From an uncultured virus (IMG/VR IMGVR_UViG_3300045926_000127) (taxonomy: Duplodnaviria > Heunggongvirae > Uroviricota > Caudoviricetes), in the IMG/VR virus record IMGVR_UViG_3300045926_000127: DNA of 64,000 nt; one strand, given 5' to 3'. A program made the translations under genes and the position numbers. Below, piece by piece: positions 54,834 to 64,000 of the stretch. The notes under the pieces are model-generated. The model was not told the origin of the DNA, did not search any database, and saw nothing but the letters and a program-made list of their open reading frames with translations. Within the stretch, counting starts at the first letter, position 1. Every line of letters begins with the position of its first letter.

Positions 54834-55199
54834 GTCGTTTGTCGAGCGAGAAATAATTCGCCGATTTATTTCTCGGCGCCAATTGGAGCGGCGCCTATGC
54901 CGCGCGCGGCGAGCGGCGGCTCGGGGAGCGGCTCGGGCTTCGGCCTCGGCGGCCTCGGCGGCTTCGGCGGCTTGCCCATGCTATCCGGCCCTTTTGGCGC
55001 CTAAGCCACTGACCTAGCGACCTTGTTGGCGTCTGGTTACTCGTGAAACATGCGGCGCGAGATAATCCCGGCCTTCGAACATGGCGCGGTCCCGAATCTT
55101 GCGCACGCGCCACGCCTTCTTTGACGCCTCAATATTCACCGCCAGATTCCGCCGCCGCATGTTCGGCGCTCGCTTTCCCATAGCTGGTCCTCCTTCTTG

Positions 55200-55919
55200 C
55201 TAACCAAGCACGTTCCAGAACAGCGCCCGATTCTTGGCGAGCGCCGACGCTAGCTCCCACGCCTTACGATCATAATTCGCGCAGGACGGAAATGGCGCGT
55301 GCGACCGCGTGGCTTGCTCGAAGCGATAGGCGCAGCGGTGCATCACCACATTGCCACCGAAGGCTTGCGCCTCATGGCGCGAGGCCAGCCCGACCGCGAC
55401 GGCATGCACCGCGGAATCCGGGAACGCCCGGCTCAAGCAGCGCGCCAGCATACCCGAGCCCGCCGCGCACCACACCTCCGGCGGCGAGCCACCGATGGCT
55501 TTGCGGACCTCACGCATGGCCTCGGTGAACGGCTCCTCCGCCTCCGGCACATCGAAGCCGAGCGGCAAGAACAGCGCGCCAGCGCTCGCCGCATAGGCGC
55601 GCGCCTTCGCCTGCACATTGGTCATGTAGCCGGGTGTGACCTCGACGATCTTGGCGCCGTTGCGCTTGGCCGCGATCTGGCGCGCATGCCAGCACGAGCG
55701 CTTGGCATAGAACAGCGTGATGCGCTGGCCGCTCTCCCGGCCGATCACCGAGAGCGCATAAGGCGCGCCGCCACAGAACGGCCCGCCGAATACGACCTCG
55801 CTCGCGCCGCGAACGAGAAACGGCAGGAAGCGCATTTTGCTGCCACCTTCGAGGAGATCGTCCCGCACCACGCGGAGCCGCCCGTGCTCCTCGATCAGCG
55901 GAGCGGCGGGCGCCTTCAT
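55200..55919 (-). CDS. PLP-dependent enzyme (fold type II)
   Basis: VVRDDLLEGGSK.R (PLP Lys), WCAAGSGML phosphate loop, NYDRKAW, LFWNV. Confidence 0.75.
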   Translation of the reverse strand: MKAPAAPLIEEHGRLRVVRDDLLEGGSKMRFLPFLVRGASEVVFGGPFCGGAPYALSVIGRESGQRITLFYAKRSCWHARQIAAKRNGAKIVEVTPGYMTNVQAKARAYAASAGALFLPLGFDVPEAEEPFTEAMREVRKAIGGSPPEVWCAAGSGMLARCLSRAFPDSAVHAVAVGLASRHEAQAFGGNVVMHRCAYRFEQATRSHAPFPSCANYDRKAWELASALAKNRALFWNVLG

Positions 55920-57091
55920 GCCGCCGCCCGAATAAGATCACGCACCCTTTCGTTGGCGAAACAGTCGATCACCAGGTGCACGCGGTCCACAGTCGGATCG
56001 GTGTTGCGCACTGCATGCGGCTTGCGCTGGTCGAGATAGCACAGCGCGCCTTGCGGGAGATTCCGCTCGAGCTTATTGCCGCGCGCTCCCCAGCCATAGA
56101 ACGTCACCGCCGGGCTGGTGCGTATCGGCACATGCAAGCGCGAGACGAAGCCGTTCGCGGTGCCCGCCTCGCGGTCGGTAATATCCGCGTGCCGCGATAG
56201 CTCGCCGTCCTTTGCACGCAGCCGCATGAAACGCACACGATCAAATTCGAGTTCGCCGAGTTGCCCGAGCGCTGACAGCGTGCTCGGGAATTGCGCCGAG
56301 GCGCGCGTCCAGCGTGGGCGCTCCTTGAGCGCGGCCGGGTGCGCCTCTTTCCATGCCTTCGACATTTCGGCTGGCTTGACGATATCGCCGGGCTCGTCGC
56401 TATAGCCGCGCAAAGCGAAGGAGGTCCACGACTTGCGCTTGTTGTAGTCGCTGTAGTGCTGCGCGAACGCCTCCTCGCCATAAGCGTCGAGTTCGCCGTT
56501 GATCTCCGCCAGCGCTTGCGCGCTTAGGAAAACGCGGTCGAGCACCGCGAGCGTCACGGTATCCTCCGGCGCTTGCTCGGCGAGCAGCGGCGCCTTGAAG
56601 CCATGGGTGTAGAGCCCCTTGATCTCCGAACCCGCCGATATCTTTGTGCCCGCATAGCGCAAGCCCGAGGCCAGCACCGCCGCCTTGGCGATATCGTCCT
56701 CCTCGAATATCTCGAACAGCACCGGGTGGCCTTTCGCCTTGCTGACCAGCGCCGACGCCACCTTGTGGGCGCTCTCCGCATCGCGCGCCGCGAAGGCTTT
56801 CACCACAACCGTCATGGACGGCACATGGAAAGGCCGCTGCGCGAAGTCCTGTTGCTCGCTCGCTTGCTTCGTCACCATGAAGATCGCCACCGCTCGCGGC
56901 GGCTCGCCGGTCCAGAGCACGCGCGCTTGCGCGAGCGCCTCCGCGATGTCGCGCTCCTTGGTCAAGCCGAAGGCGCCGAACACCAGCGACTTGTGCCGCT
57001 CCTTGAACGGCGCCGCCAGCGCCTTGAGCCATTCGAGCGTGAAGCCTCGCTGCCATTCGGCAAGCTGGTCGCCGAGCACCGCCTCCGTCAT
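55916..57091 (-). CDS. Two-domain protein: possible GNAT-like N-terminus + Asp/Asn beta-hydroxylase-like 2OG-Fe(II) oxygenase
   Basis: RVRFMRL...HAD...RLHVPI...PHAVRN...RVHLVID (HxD...H...R). Confidence 0.75.
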   Translation of the reverse strand: MTEAVLGDQLAEWQRGFTLEWLKALAAPFKERHKSLVFGAFGLTKERDIAEALAQARVLWTGEPPRAVAIFMVTKQASEQQDFAQRPFHVPSMTVVVKAFAARDAESAHKVASALVSKAKGHPVLFEIFEEDDIAKAAVLASGLRYAGTKISAGSEIKGLYTHGFKAPLLAEQAPEDTVTLAVLDRVFLSAQALAEINGELDAYGEEAFAQHYSDYNKRKSWTSFALRGYSDEPGDIVKPAEMSKAWKEAHPAALKERPRWTRASAQFPSTLSALGQLGELEFDRVRFMRLRAKDGELSRHADITDREAGTANGFVSRLHVPIRTSPAVTFYGWGARGNKLERNLPQGALCYLDQRKPHAVRNTDPTVDRVHLVIDCFANERVRDLIRAAA

Positions 57092-58110
57092 ACCGCGCCT
57101 CCTTGCATCATGAGGATCGCCGGATGCTCCGGCTCGCCCGTGCCCATTTCGACCGGGCCGATATTATCCGCCGCCTTGCGCGGGTCGCCCTTCGCGAAGA
57201 TCAAGACATTCTGATGCGTCTTACCCAGCTTGCGCGAAGTCTCGAATTGCTTGCGCACGCGGAACGGCAACGACCCGGCGGCTGTGACGAGGATCGCCTC
57301 GTTGTAAAGCTTGAGCCCGGCCGCCTTGAAAGCGACGCATGTATGCTCCGGTATCCCGTAATAGAAGCCGTCGGCGTCGCGCGCATCGCCGACCACGAAG
57401 CATGCGAAACGATCGTCGCGCAATTGCGCGCAAGCGTTGGCAATGATTTGCCCGAGCACTTCGCGAAACCGCGGATACTCCATGGTGCTGATATCGCGCG
57501 GGTCGTCGCTGTAGACTTCAAGATCCGCATAGGGCGGGCATGAGAACACGAAGTCGGCGCGGGCATTCTTCGTAAGGGCCTTTAGATGAAGGCTGTCGCC
57601 GCTTATCCACTCGGGCTGATGCTTCTCCTCGCCGCAGATTACCCGCGCTTGGCGCCGGTTAGCTTCACATTGCTCCTCGCGGAGATCGACACCGAGATAG
57701 CGGCGACCAAGCTTGCTCGCGACAATGCCGCGCACGGAGCCGCCAGCGAAGGGATCGAGGACCAGCCCGCCGGGCGGACTAAACCAGCGGCACATAAGTT
57801 CACACAGCACTGGATCAAAGATCGACGTGCCCGAGGCGCTCGCTGTGGTTTGCGGGTCGCTTCCGTCATACGGGTGGATTGTCGTGCCGAGCGCGAGCCC
57901 ACCGTTAAGTGATGCGCTTTGCTGTAGCCGCGCTCGATTGCGCGCCATCTCTTCGTTCTTCTGCTGCCAGATTCCGCCGCCGCCGCCCGCTGGCTTGGCG
58001 TTCGCTTGGCGGCTCCGCTTCTTGCCCTTCTTCGGCTCGACGTTGAAAAACGTCGCGCCCTTCTTACGCGGGCCGAGCGTTTTGTGTTTTGTCTTTAGTC
58101 CTTTTGGCAT
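57088..58110 (-). CDS. DNA amino-methyltransferase, catalytic part
   Basis: TSIFDPVLCE...DPFAGGSVRG (motif I)...SCPPY (motif IV). Confidence 0.85.
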   Translation of the reverse strand: MPKGLKTKHKTLGPRKKGATFFNVEPKKGKKRSRQANAKPAGGGGGIWQQKNEEMARNRARLQQSASLNGGLALGTTIHPYDGSDPQTTASASGTSIFDPVLCELMCRWFSPPGGLVLDPFAGGSVRGIVASKLGRRYLGVDLREEQCEANRRQARVICGEEKHQPEWISGDSLHLKALTKNARADFVFSCPPYADLEVYSDDPRDISTMEYPRFREVLGQIIANACAQLRDDRFACFVVGDARDADGFYYGIPEHTCVAFKAAGLKLYNEAILVTAAGSLPFRVRKQFETSRKLGKTHQNVLIFAKGDPRKAADNIGPVEMGTGEPEHPAILMMQGGAV

Positions 58111-58780
58111 GGCGCTTGAACCGCTCGTTGTAGGCTTCGCCGTCGAGCCTCACGCTATCGGAAAACTTCAAGAGGTTTTCGCCGCGCCCTAGCTCGCTCT
58201 GAATGCCGAGCGCGAGCCATGCGCGCTTGCGATCTTGCCACCAGCCGTCGCGCGCATTGAACACCGAGAAGGGCACGCCGCCGAAACTCTCCGCCAGCTT
58301 CTTGCGCGCTTGCTCGGGCGTCACCGGCTCGGCCGGGTCTTGGCTGTGCCCAGCAACGAAGGCGGCGAGCGCTTGCTCGGTGAAGCCGAGCGCCATCATG
58401 TCGAACTCGGCCAGCGCCAGCTTGCCGAGCTCGGCGCTCAACATCGGAATGTCCCAGTCGCTCATCAACGCATACTGGTTGTCGATAATGCGGTAGCTGG
58501 ACTTCTCCTCCTCCGACCAACCCTCGGCAATACACACCGGAACCGACTTGAGCCCGAGGCGCTGCGCGGCGAGGAATCGGCCGTGCCCATAGATCAGCAC
58601 GCCTAGCTCGTCGGCGAGGAGCGGCGAGGCAAAGCCGTAGCGCGCAATGCTCTCGGCGATCTTGCCGACTTGCTCCTCGCTGTGCGCGCGCGGGTTCTTG
58701 TCGTAGGGCGTGAGGCTTTCGAGCGGGCGCCGCTCGACCTTGTCGGCGGGCCAAGGCCGCAATTCAGTGGCCGTGCTCAT
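58064..58780 (-). CDS. ParB/Srx-domain protein carrying what appears to be the N-terminal segment of the methylase
   Basis: PYDKNPRAHS...SI..YGF..P...GHGR...DN; C-terminal PFSV.NAR.GWWQ.RKR.W..LGI.SE.GR. Confidence 0.8.
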   Translation of the reverse strand: MSTATELRPWPADKVERRPLESLTPYDKNPRAHSEEQVGKIAESIARYGFASPLLADELGVLIYGHGRFLAAQRLGLKSVPVCIAEGWSEEEKSSYRIIDNQYALMSDWDIPMLSAELGKLALAEFDMMALGFTEQALAAFVAGHSQDPAEPVTPEQARKKLAESFGGVPFSVFNARDGWWQDRKRAWLALGIQSELGRGENLLKFSDSVRLDGEAYNERFKRHAKRTKDKTQNARPA

Positions 58781-58972
58781 GAGCGGTGCTCCGAGGAGAA
58801 GGCGGGAGAGCAGAAGCGCTGGTGGCAGGCCAACATGCCGGGTGACGTGCTGGCGGGGTTTGCTAGCGGCACTTCGGCAGCGCTCCAAGGCTCCAGAAGG
58901 AGGGGACCCCGTAAGATCGACCTCTTAACATTCCTCAAAGCGCTGTGCTCTCCCACGGCGAAGCTTGCCATG

Positions 58973-59440
58973 TCAGCCGCCCTTACGCAAATGCGCCGCC
59001 GCCGCGTCGCCCCGCAACTCGACGCTGTGGCAACCGCTCCCGAAACAGTCGGTGCATATGCCGGTAATTTTCGAGCGGCGATCATGGATCGGCCCGTCAT
59101 AGCTATAGCCGAGCCCGTCGCACATTTCGCATATCAGCAAGCCGTAGCGCTTCTCCGCTTGCATGCGCCGGGCGGCCGAACGGAGGAGCCACGCTTGCAA
59201 GCGCAAGACGCAGCGCCAGCACGCGCAATGCGCGCCGTGCGCCTTGCCGCCGTCGAGCAATGCGTCGGCCTCGGGCCGCGAGAGCCCGGCTCCGATCAGC
59301 GCTTCCTTGATATGCCGCACCGCTTGCGGATCGCGGCGCCGGAGCCAGCGCACAAGGCTGGCGTGCTCATAGAGAACGCCCGGTCCCCACGCTTCTAGTG
59401 CCAACAGGATTCGCTCACGCGCGAGGAGCGCCCGGCTCAT
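58973..59440 (-). CDS. Hypothetical protein with DnaJ-type Zn finger
   Basis: CEMCDGLG and CTDCFGSG. Confidence 0.55.
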   Translation of the reverse strand: MSRALLARERILLALEAWGPGVLYEHASLVRWLRRRDPQAVRHIKEALIGAGLSRPEADALLDGGKAHGAHCACWRCVLRLQAWLLRSAARRMQAEKRYGLLICEMCDGLGYSYDGPIHDRRSKITGICTDCFGSGCHSVELRGDAAAAHLRKGG

Positions 59441-59513
59441 CACCAGCCGAAATAGATCGCGAGCGCGCCGAGCGAGAGCGCGAAGATCAGCGACAATTGA
59501 AACTCGCGCACCG

Positions 59514-59711
59514 TCATAACGGTAGGCACTCCTTCGCTTGAACCTCGTAGTCGTGGACAATGGCCTCCATGAGCCTTAGCTCGCGGTCGGCTTGCTCTTG
59601 TCGCATGGTGCCCATGCTGACCCACTTTGGGTAATGCTTGCGCCGCAGCTTTAGCTCGCGCCGGGCACATTCCAGCTTTTTGTGCGCGGTGATCTCCTCG
59701 CCTGCTGACAT
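59514..59711 (-). CDS. Small phage hypothetical protein
   Basis: C..REL.LR...YP.WV..G.M....A motif; AAGGAG RBS. Confidence 0.7.
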   Translation of the reverse strand: MSAGEEITAHKKLECARRELKLRRKHYPKWVSMGTMRQEQADRELRLMEAIVHDYEVQAKECLPL

Positions 59712-59763
59712 GCTGTTCTCCTTCGCTTGCTCAAATTAAACCTCCCCAACCTTTGCACCGTCA

Positions 59764-59955
59764 TCATCCCCATGGCGGCCGACCTTTGCTTTCGCTCGCG
59801 GCCTCGATCTTGTCGATCAGTTCCTCGGCCGTATCGCGTACCGTCAAAATGGTGCCTGCAGAAGTGAAGATCGTAACCGGCACGCCGCCGAACGAAATGA
59901 TATGGTCGACATTGACCCAGCGCGCATGGCCGTCCTTCATGGTGACTTTTATCAT
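59764..59955 (-). CDS. FlbD-like small protein, paralog 1
   Basis: IKVT...G...WVN.DHI...I....G..L.VRDT.EE. Confidence 0.5.
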   Translation of the reverse strand: MIKVTMKDGHARWVNVDHIISFGGVPVTIFTSAGTILTVRDTAEELIDKIEAASESKGRPPWG

Positions 59956-59963
59956 CCGCCCGT

Positions 59964-60308
59964 CTAAGTCTGCTTGCGCAAATAGCCGCCGAAGTCGATC
60001 TGCGATACATGCGTGCCGGAAAGCGCGAGCCACAACGATGCGGTGCCATCGAACTTGACGGCGTCGCCGAGGCTAAGGTCGAGCGACCCACCCCCGCACT
60101 TGAACAGCAAGCCGTCGCGCGCCGCGCTGACGCCGCGCATCGTGCCGTCAATGAAGCACGTCAAGCGCCCGGCCGACCATTCCATGCTGACATGATGCTG
60201 GCCCGGCGAGACGCGATAAGTGCGAAGCCAGTCGAGGCTCCGCACCGGCATCAATGAGCACGCCGCGACCACCGCTGGCGCCGCCAACAAACCCCTGCGC
60301 GTGATCAT
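59964..60308 (-). CDS. Hypothetical protein with twin-arginine-like N-terminus
   Basis: MITRRGLL...APAVV; GAGGAG RBS. Confidence 0.6.
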   Translation of the reverse strand: MITRRGLLAAPAVVAACSLMPVRSLDWLRTYRVSPGQHHVSMEWSAGRLTCFIDGTMRGVSAARDGLLFKCGGGSLDLSLGDAVKFDGTASLWLALSGTHVSQIDFGGYLRKQT

Positions 60309-60493
60309 GCGGCCCGCTCCTCCTCCTCCGCGCTCGCGGCGAGCGCCTTGCGCGCCTCCTCGATGACGCGCTCATGAAAGGCGAAAAAATATTTGCGGTG
60401 ATCGGGCGCGCGCACGTCCTCCTCGACGAGCCCCCGATCCGACGCCTTGCTCATGGCCGCAATGCCTTCGACGAACTTGCGGAGCGCGCTCAT
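60305..60493 (-). CDS. Hypothetical protein
   Basis: Coupled short ORF. Confidence 0.5.
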   Translation of the reverse strand: MSALRKFVEGIAAMSKASDRGLVEEDVRAPDHRKYFFAFHERVIEEARKALAASAEEEERAA

Positions 60494-60577
60494 CGGTATC
60501 GCCCCGCGCGCAAGCCGGAGAGCATGCCGAATACCAAGCCGAGCACCGGCACGGCGAAGATCAAAAAAATGAGCCAC

Positions 60578-60781
60578 TCATCCATTGGTCGCTGTCTCCT
60601 CTACTAGCTCCAAGTCCAAGTCGATTTGCTCCATGCTCTCGCGCACGGTGATGACCGAGCCATCAACGAGCGCGATGCGCGTGGCGGACGTTTGCCCACT
60701 TCGTTCGAGAAAAATTATCGCCGAAGTTGTGACGATCACCGGGCCGCCGCTGGCGAGCGTCAGGTGGATTCGCTTTCTCAT
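60578..60781 (-). CDS. FlbD-like small protein, paralog 2
   Basis: IHLT...G..V.V....I..LE...T.I....G..I.VRES.EQI. Confidence 0.55.
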   Translation of the reverse strand: MRKRIHLTLASGGPVIVTTSAIIFLERSGQTSATRIALVDGSVITVRESMEQIDLDLELVEETATNG

Positions 60782-62406
60782 TTGAAGTCCTCCAAATCCT
60801 CCTCGGAGCAAAGCGTGCCGGGCACCAGTCCATTTCGTTCGGCGTTATTGCGTGGGGCGACTGGTGCCCGTATGGCGCGCATCACCTCGCTTTCGGCCGC
60901 TTGGTTAGCTCTCGATCTGCTCTCGGCGATCCAGCGCGACCGCAGCCATTGTCCAGTCGCCGGGCTCATGTTCATAATTGGCGCCACATCCTTGTTCACG
61001 GGCCAGTGCTCTAGCCGCTCCTTGAATTTGTGCGCCGCCCAGCCCTCCTTGTATCCCTTCATGATCGCGTAGCCCTTTAGCTCCGCGTAGAAAATCGCCT
61101 TCTCGGCTGGCGTAAACTCCTTTTGCCGCCTGCCCTTCTCGTCATATTTGCCGCGCTTCGCTTTGCCTTGGAACGCGGCTAGCTCCGCGCCGGTAAATTC
61201 CTTCGGCGGCGGCGGCGGCTTGGTCCTAAAGCCGCAGTTGGGGCACTCGACGACGCTATAGCCTTTGACAAATTTGCACTTCGGACAAACGCGCGGCAAT
61301 TGCACCGTCGCTGGCGCGCTCACGGCGAAGCGCCCGCCATGCAAGCCGTCATGGACAATTTGCCAAGCGAAGCCGAGCCGGGTGTGCGTATCGCTATGGT
61401 CAAGCACGAGGAGCCGCTCCTTGCCCTTCGATATGCGGAGCCCGCGCCCGATATTTTGCACGAACCTGATCTCGCTTTTCGTCGGCCGCGCATAGCTGAT
61501 GACCTCGATCTCGGGCCAGTCAATGCCGACGCCGATCACATCGACATTGCACACGACCTCGACGGCGCGGCTCTTGAATTGCTCGTAGAGTTCCGCCCGC
61601 TCATTGAGCGGCGTGCGGCAGTCCATATAGCCAGTGCGCACGCCCGCCTCGATAAAGCGCGCTTGCAATGCCTTCGCATGGTTGCGATCCACCGCGAAGC
61701 ATATGGTCGGCTTACGCTCCGCCTTCGCCAGCCACGTTTGCACGATATCCGCGACCAGCTTGCTTTGGTTCATGGCCTCGGCGAGATCGGTTTGCACGAA
61801 CTCTCCGCCGACGCTCCGCACGTCCTTGAGGTCGGGCGAGGTCGGCGCGAACACCACGCCCGGCGAGAGCACGCCGCGCTTCATCAAATCCTCGGCGCAC
61901 ACCGTTTGCACCAGCGTTTGATAGACCCGCGCGAGCCCGCGCGACCATGGCGTCGCGCTCAAGCCGATTTGTGGAACGCTCCGCCATTCGGGGTCGGTCA
62001 TCCAGCGAATGTCGAATTTGAAAAGCTTGTGCGCCTCGTCGCGGATTACAACATCGGCTCGCGGAATGAAGTCGCGCGACTCGAGCGTTTGCACCGAGCA
62101 AATCTGGATCGGCTTGAGTGCATCGGCGCCGTCGCCGCGCTTGCCTTGCACGATGCCGATCTCGTTGGCGCTCAAGCCTTCGCGCAAGAAGGCGTCCCGC
62201 GTTTGGTCAATAAGACTGATGCTACTCACCTCAAAAATCAGTCGCTTGGATTTTGCCCGCGCGCCGAGCGCAATGTGCGCCGCGATCAGCGTCTTACCGG
62301 CGCCGGTCGGGCTCGTGAGCATGATCCTCCGATATCCCTCCGCCAGCTTCTCCCTCGTCTGTTGCAGCATTGCGGATTGGTAGTCGCGCATCGAAGAGGC
62401 TACCAT
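60778..62406 (-). CDS. SF2 DEAH helicase (RadD/YejH-like) with Zn finger
   Basis: SPTGAGKT, DEAH, LSATP, QNIGRGLR, CPKC...CPNC. Confidence 0.9.
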   Translation of the reverse strand: MVASSMRDYQSAMLQQTREKLAEGYRRIMLTSPTGAGKTLIAAHIALGARAKSKRLIFEVSSISLIDQTRDAFLREGLSANEIGIVQGKRGDGADALKPIQICSVQTLESRDFIPRADVVIRDEAHKLFKFDIRWMTDPEWRSVPQIGLSATPWSRGLARVYQTLVQTVCAEDLMKRGVLSPGVVFAPTSPDLKDVRSVGGEFVQTDLAEAMNQSKLVADIVQTWLAKAERKPTICFAVDRNHAKALQARFIEAGVRTGYMDCRTPLNERAELYEQFKSRAVEVVCNVDVIGVGIDWPEIEVISYARPTKSEIRFVQNIGRGLRISKGKERLLVLDHSDTHTRLGFAWQIVHDGLHGGRFAVSAPATVQLPRVCPKCKFVKGYSVVECPNCGFRTKPPPPPKEFTGAELAAFQGKAKRGKYDEKGRRQKEFTPAEKAIFYAELKGYAIMKGYKEGWAAHKFKERLEHWPVNKDVAPIMNMSPATGQWLRSRWIAESRSRANQAAESEVMRAIRAPVAPRNNAERNGLVPGTLCSEEDLEDFK

Positions 62407-63190
62407 AATCGTCTCCCTGCTCCTTTTTCCGTTGGCTTGCTAAAGTCTGATTCCTTTGACCGACATCGACATGAGGCGTGGTGGGCTCCGGCTCGCCACG
62501 CCTTCGATGCTCCTCCACTTGCTTTCGCGGTAGATGGGCGAAACAGAAATGCCGGTCGCCGAAGCCGAAGGCGGCCACCTTTCCGCACGAATACGCTTCG
62601 CAAATATATTCCGCGAGCCGCCGAGGCGCGGAGGTAATGCGCTCGGCAAGCACCGCGTCATTCTCGCCCGGCCATATCAGCGAATCGAAATGCACGTCGC
62701 CGTCGCGCATGGCTTGCAAAGGCACAACGCGGCAACGCGAGCGGTTGCGCTGCTCGGTGAACGTCGCCGGGAATTCCTCGACATGGCGAACGAACCAGCT
62801 TCGCAGCCGCTGGAAATTGAACAGGTATCCGCGCGCCGCCTCGCCGAGCGCGCAATGGACATACAGCAGCAAGTCATAGTCGCCGGTCCACATCCAGCCG
62901 TTCCGCTCATATCCTTCGACCACGCATGATTCGGTTTCGAGCGTGAGCGCAGTGTAAGGATCGTGCGGGTTGCGATGGCGCGGACGGACGATTTTCTCTT
63001 CGATGCCGATCACGTCTCCGCTATGCCGCCAGACCAGCGTATCGCCGCGCGTTTGCTCCGGCCCGACCTCCTTCTTCGACTTGCGATATGCCTTGATGAG
63101 CCCGGCGCGGAATATCCGCTCGTAGATCGGCGCGAGGAGCCGCGCCCGCTGTTCCTCTTGCCATTCATCGTCGCGCTGGAATTGGCTCAT
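62294..63190 (-). CDS. Hypothetical protein, possible PD-(D/E)xK fold
   Basis: Q.RGD...IEEK...LETES...GWM pattern; ATGA coupling to MT-A70 gene. Confidence 0.55.
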   Translation of the reverse strand: MSQFQRDDEWQEEQRARLLAPIYERIFRAGLIKAYRKSKKEVGPEQTRGDTLVWRHSGDVIGIEEKIVRPRHRNPHDPYTALTLETESCVVEGYERNGWMWTGDYDLLLYVHCALGEAARGYLFNFQRLRSWFVRHVEEFPATFTEQRNRSRCRVVPLQAMRDGDVHFDSLIWPGENDAVLAERITSAPRRLAEYICEAYSCGKVAAFGFGDRHFCFAHLPRKQVEEHRRRGEPEPTTPHVDVGQRNQTLASQRKKEQGDDYGSLFDARLPIRNAATDEGEAGGGISEDHAHEPDRRR

Positions 63191-64000
63191 GGCTCCTCCA
63201 CCCATAGCGGAGCGAAGCCCTCGCGCTTCTCGCGCTGATTCCCTTCGCCGTACGGAGGATAGGAGGCGGCGCGAACGATCTCATAGAACTTGTCGGGCTT
63301 CTCGCTATGCGCTCCGCGCGGCGCCTCGAACCATGTCGCAATGCTCGAAGCGGCCGGGCGCGTCGTCGTCTCGCCGAACGTCGCAAAAATGACGTGCTCG
63401 GTATCGTTGCGGAAATAGGAGCCCAGCCCGAACGGCGGCGGCTTATGCCATGTCAGAATTGTGCGATGCTGAAAGCCCCAACCCTCGATCAGCTTGCCAG
63501 CCTCGTACATGAAATTGTTGGTCACCCAGCAATAGAGATGCGTGCCGCTCTCATGGTCGCACCATTGCTTGAGGTCGAGCGCGCGCAATTGGTCGAGCGA
63601 CTGCATGGCGTAGCCGGGCTTCGCGCGGCCAGCAATTGAGAGCCAGTCGTACTCCCACGCCGGGTCGATCACGAGCGTGCGATATATGCCCGGCTTCGGC
63701 ACCAGCTTGAGCACGCGCTCCTCGTCGGCTTTGACGCGAGCGAGGCGTAGCTCCTTGCTGACATCCGAGCGGCCCATGTCCGACCTGATCGTCCCGTCGC
63801 GCAATAGCTTGCCGAAGGTTCGGTCGTCGAGCCGGGTCAGCAAATAGAGGGTGTTGTATGAGCCCGGCAAAACGTTATCACTGATAACGTTTTGAAGCCG
63901 CTCGCTCCGCGTCACGATCATGATCATGCGTGCGGTCATCGGGGAGAACTCTAGGTCGTCGCGGACCATTTGCTGAAACTCGCCATGCGGCAACTCCTCC
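63187..64000 (-). CDS. MT-A70-family adenine methyltransferase with DUF3102-like N-terminus (5'-truncated at window edge)
   Basis: IDPAW...Y.....HLY.W....GF...LTW.K...G.G.YFR..TEH...HS.KP; frame stays open past 64000 (EELPHGEF). Confidence 0.85.
   Translation of the reverse strand, partial: EELPHGEFQQMVRDDLEFSPMTARMIMIVTRSERLQNVISDNVLPGSYNTLYLLTRLDDRTFGKLLRDGTIRSDMGRSDVSKELRLARVKADEERVLKLVPKPGIYRTLVIDPAWEYDWLSIAGRAKPGYAMQSLDQLRALDLKQWCDHESGTHLYCWVTNNFMYEAGKLIEGWGFQHRTILTWHKPPPFGLGSYFRNDTEHVIFATFGETTTRPAASSIATWFEAPRGAHSEKPDKFYEIVRAASYPPYGEGNQREKREGFAPLWVEEP

Overview
This is a high-GC tailed (siphovirus-type, HK97-fold) phage or prophage, probably of an alphaproteobacterial host (inferred from gene content and promoter shape). 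The window may cover most of the genome, since both ends lie in leftward genes of the DNA-metabolism/methylase type. Layout: (i) 1-1942 leftward genes including an Hjc-like resolvase; (ii) 2118-15732 rightward early region with a Ycf46-type AAA ATPase cluster, a stand-alone RAMP/Cas7-like gene plus partner gene, a ~2 kb pentamer-coded repeat array, an HNH-like gene and RecE/RecT; (iii) 15831-52154 leftward late operon (HNH, terminases, protease-capsid fusion, portal, collagen-like protein, connectors, a ~16 kb insert of glycosyl/methyltransferases and fibre-like proteins, tail, multi-domain endolysin, holins); (iv) 52180-54833 rightward units with repeated promoter/palindrome/hairpin leaders; (v) 55200-64000 leftward genes: MT-A70 methylase, SF2 helicase, split ParB/DNA methylase, 2OG-Fe(II) oxygenase, PLP enzyme. 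The stand-out feature is 6967-10946: a RAMP-fold gene followed by about 32 CCAAC-delimited units of (NN-GYC)n pentamers with lengths mostly 5n+4 nt. This looks like a phage-encoded, non-CRISPR guide-RNA array whose information sits in the variable dinucleotides. No integrase or repressor was recognised. All product calls come from motif recognition by eye; no database searches were run.
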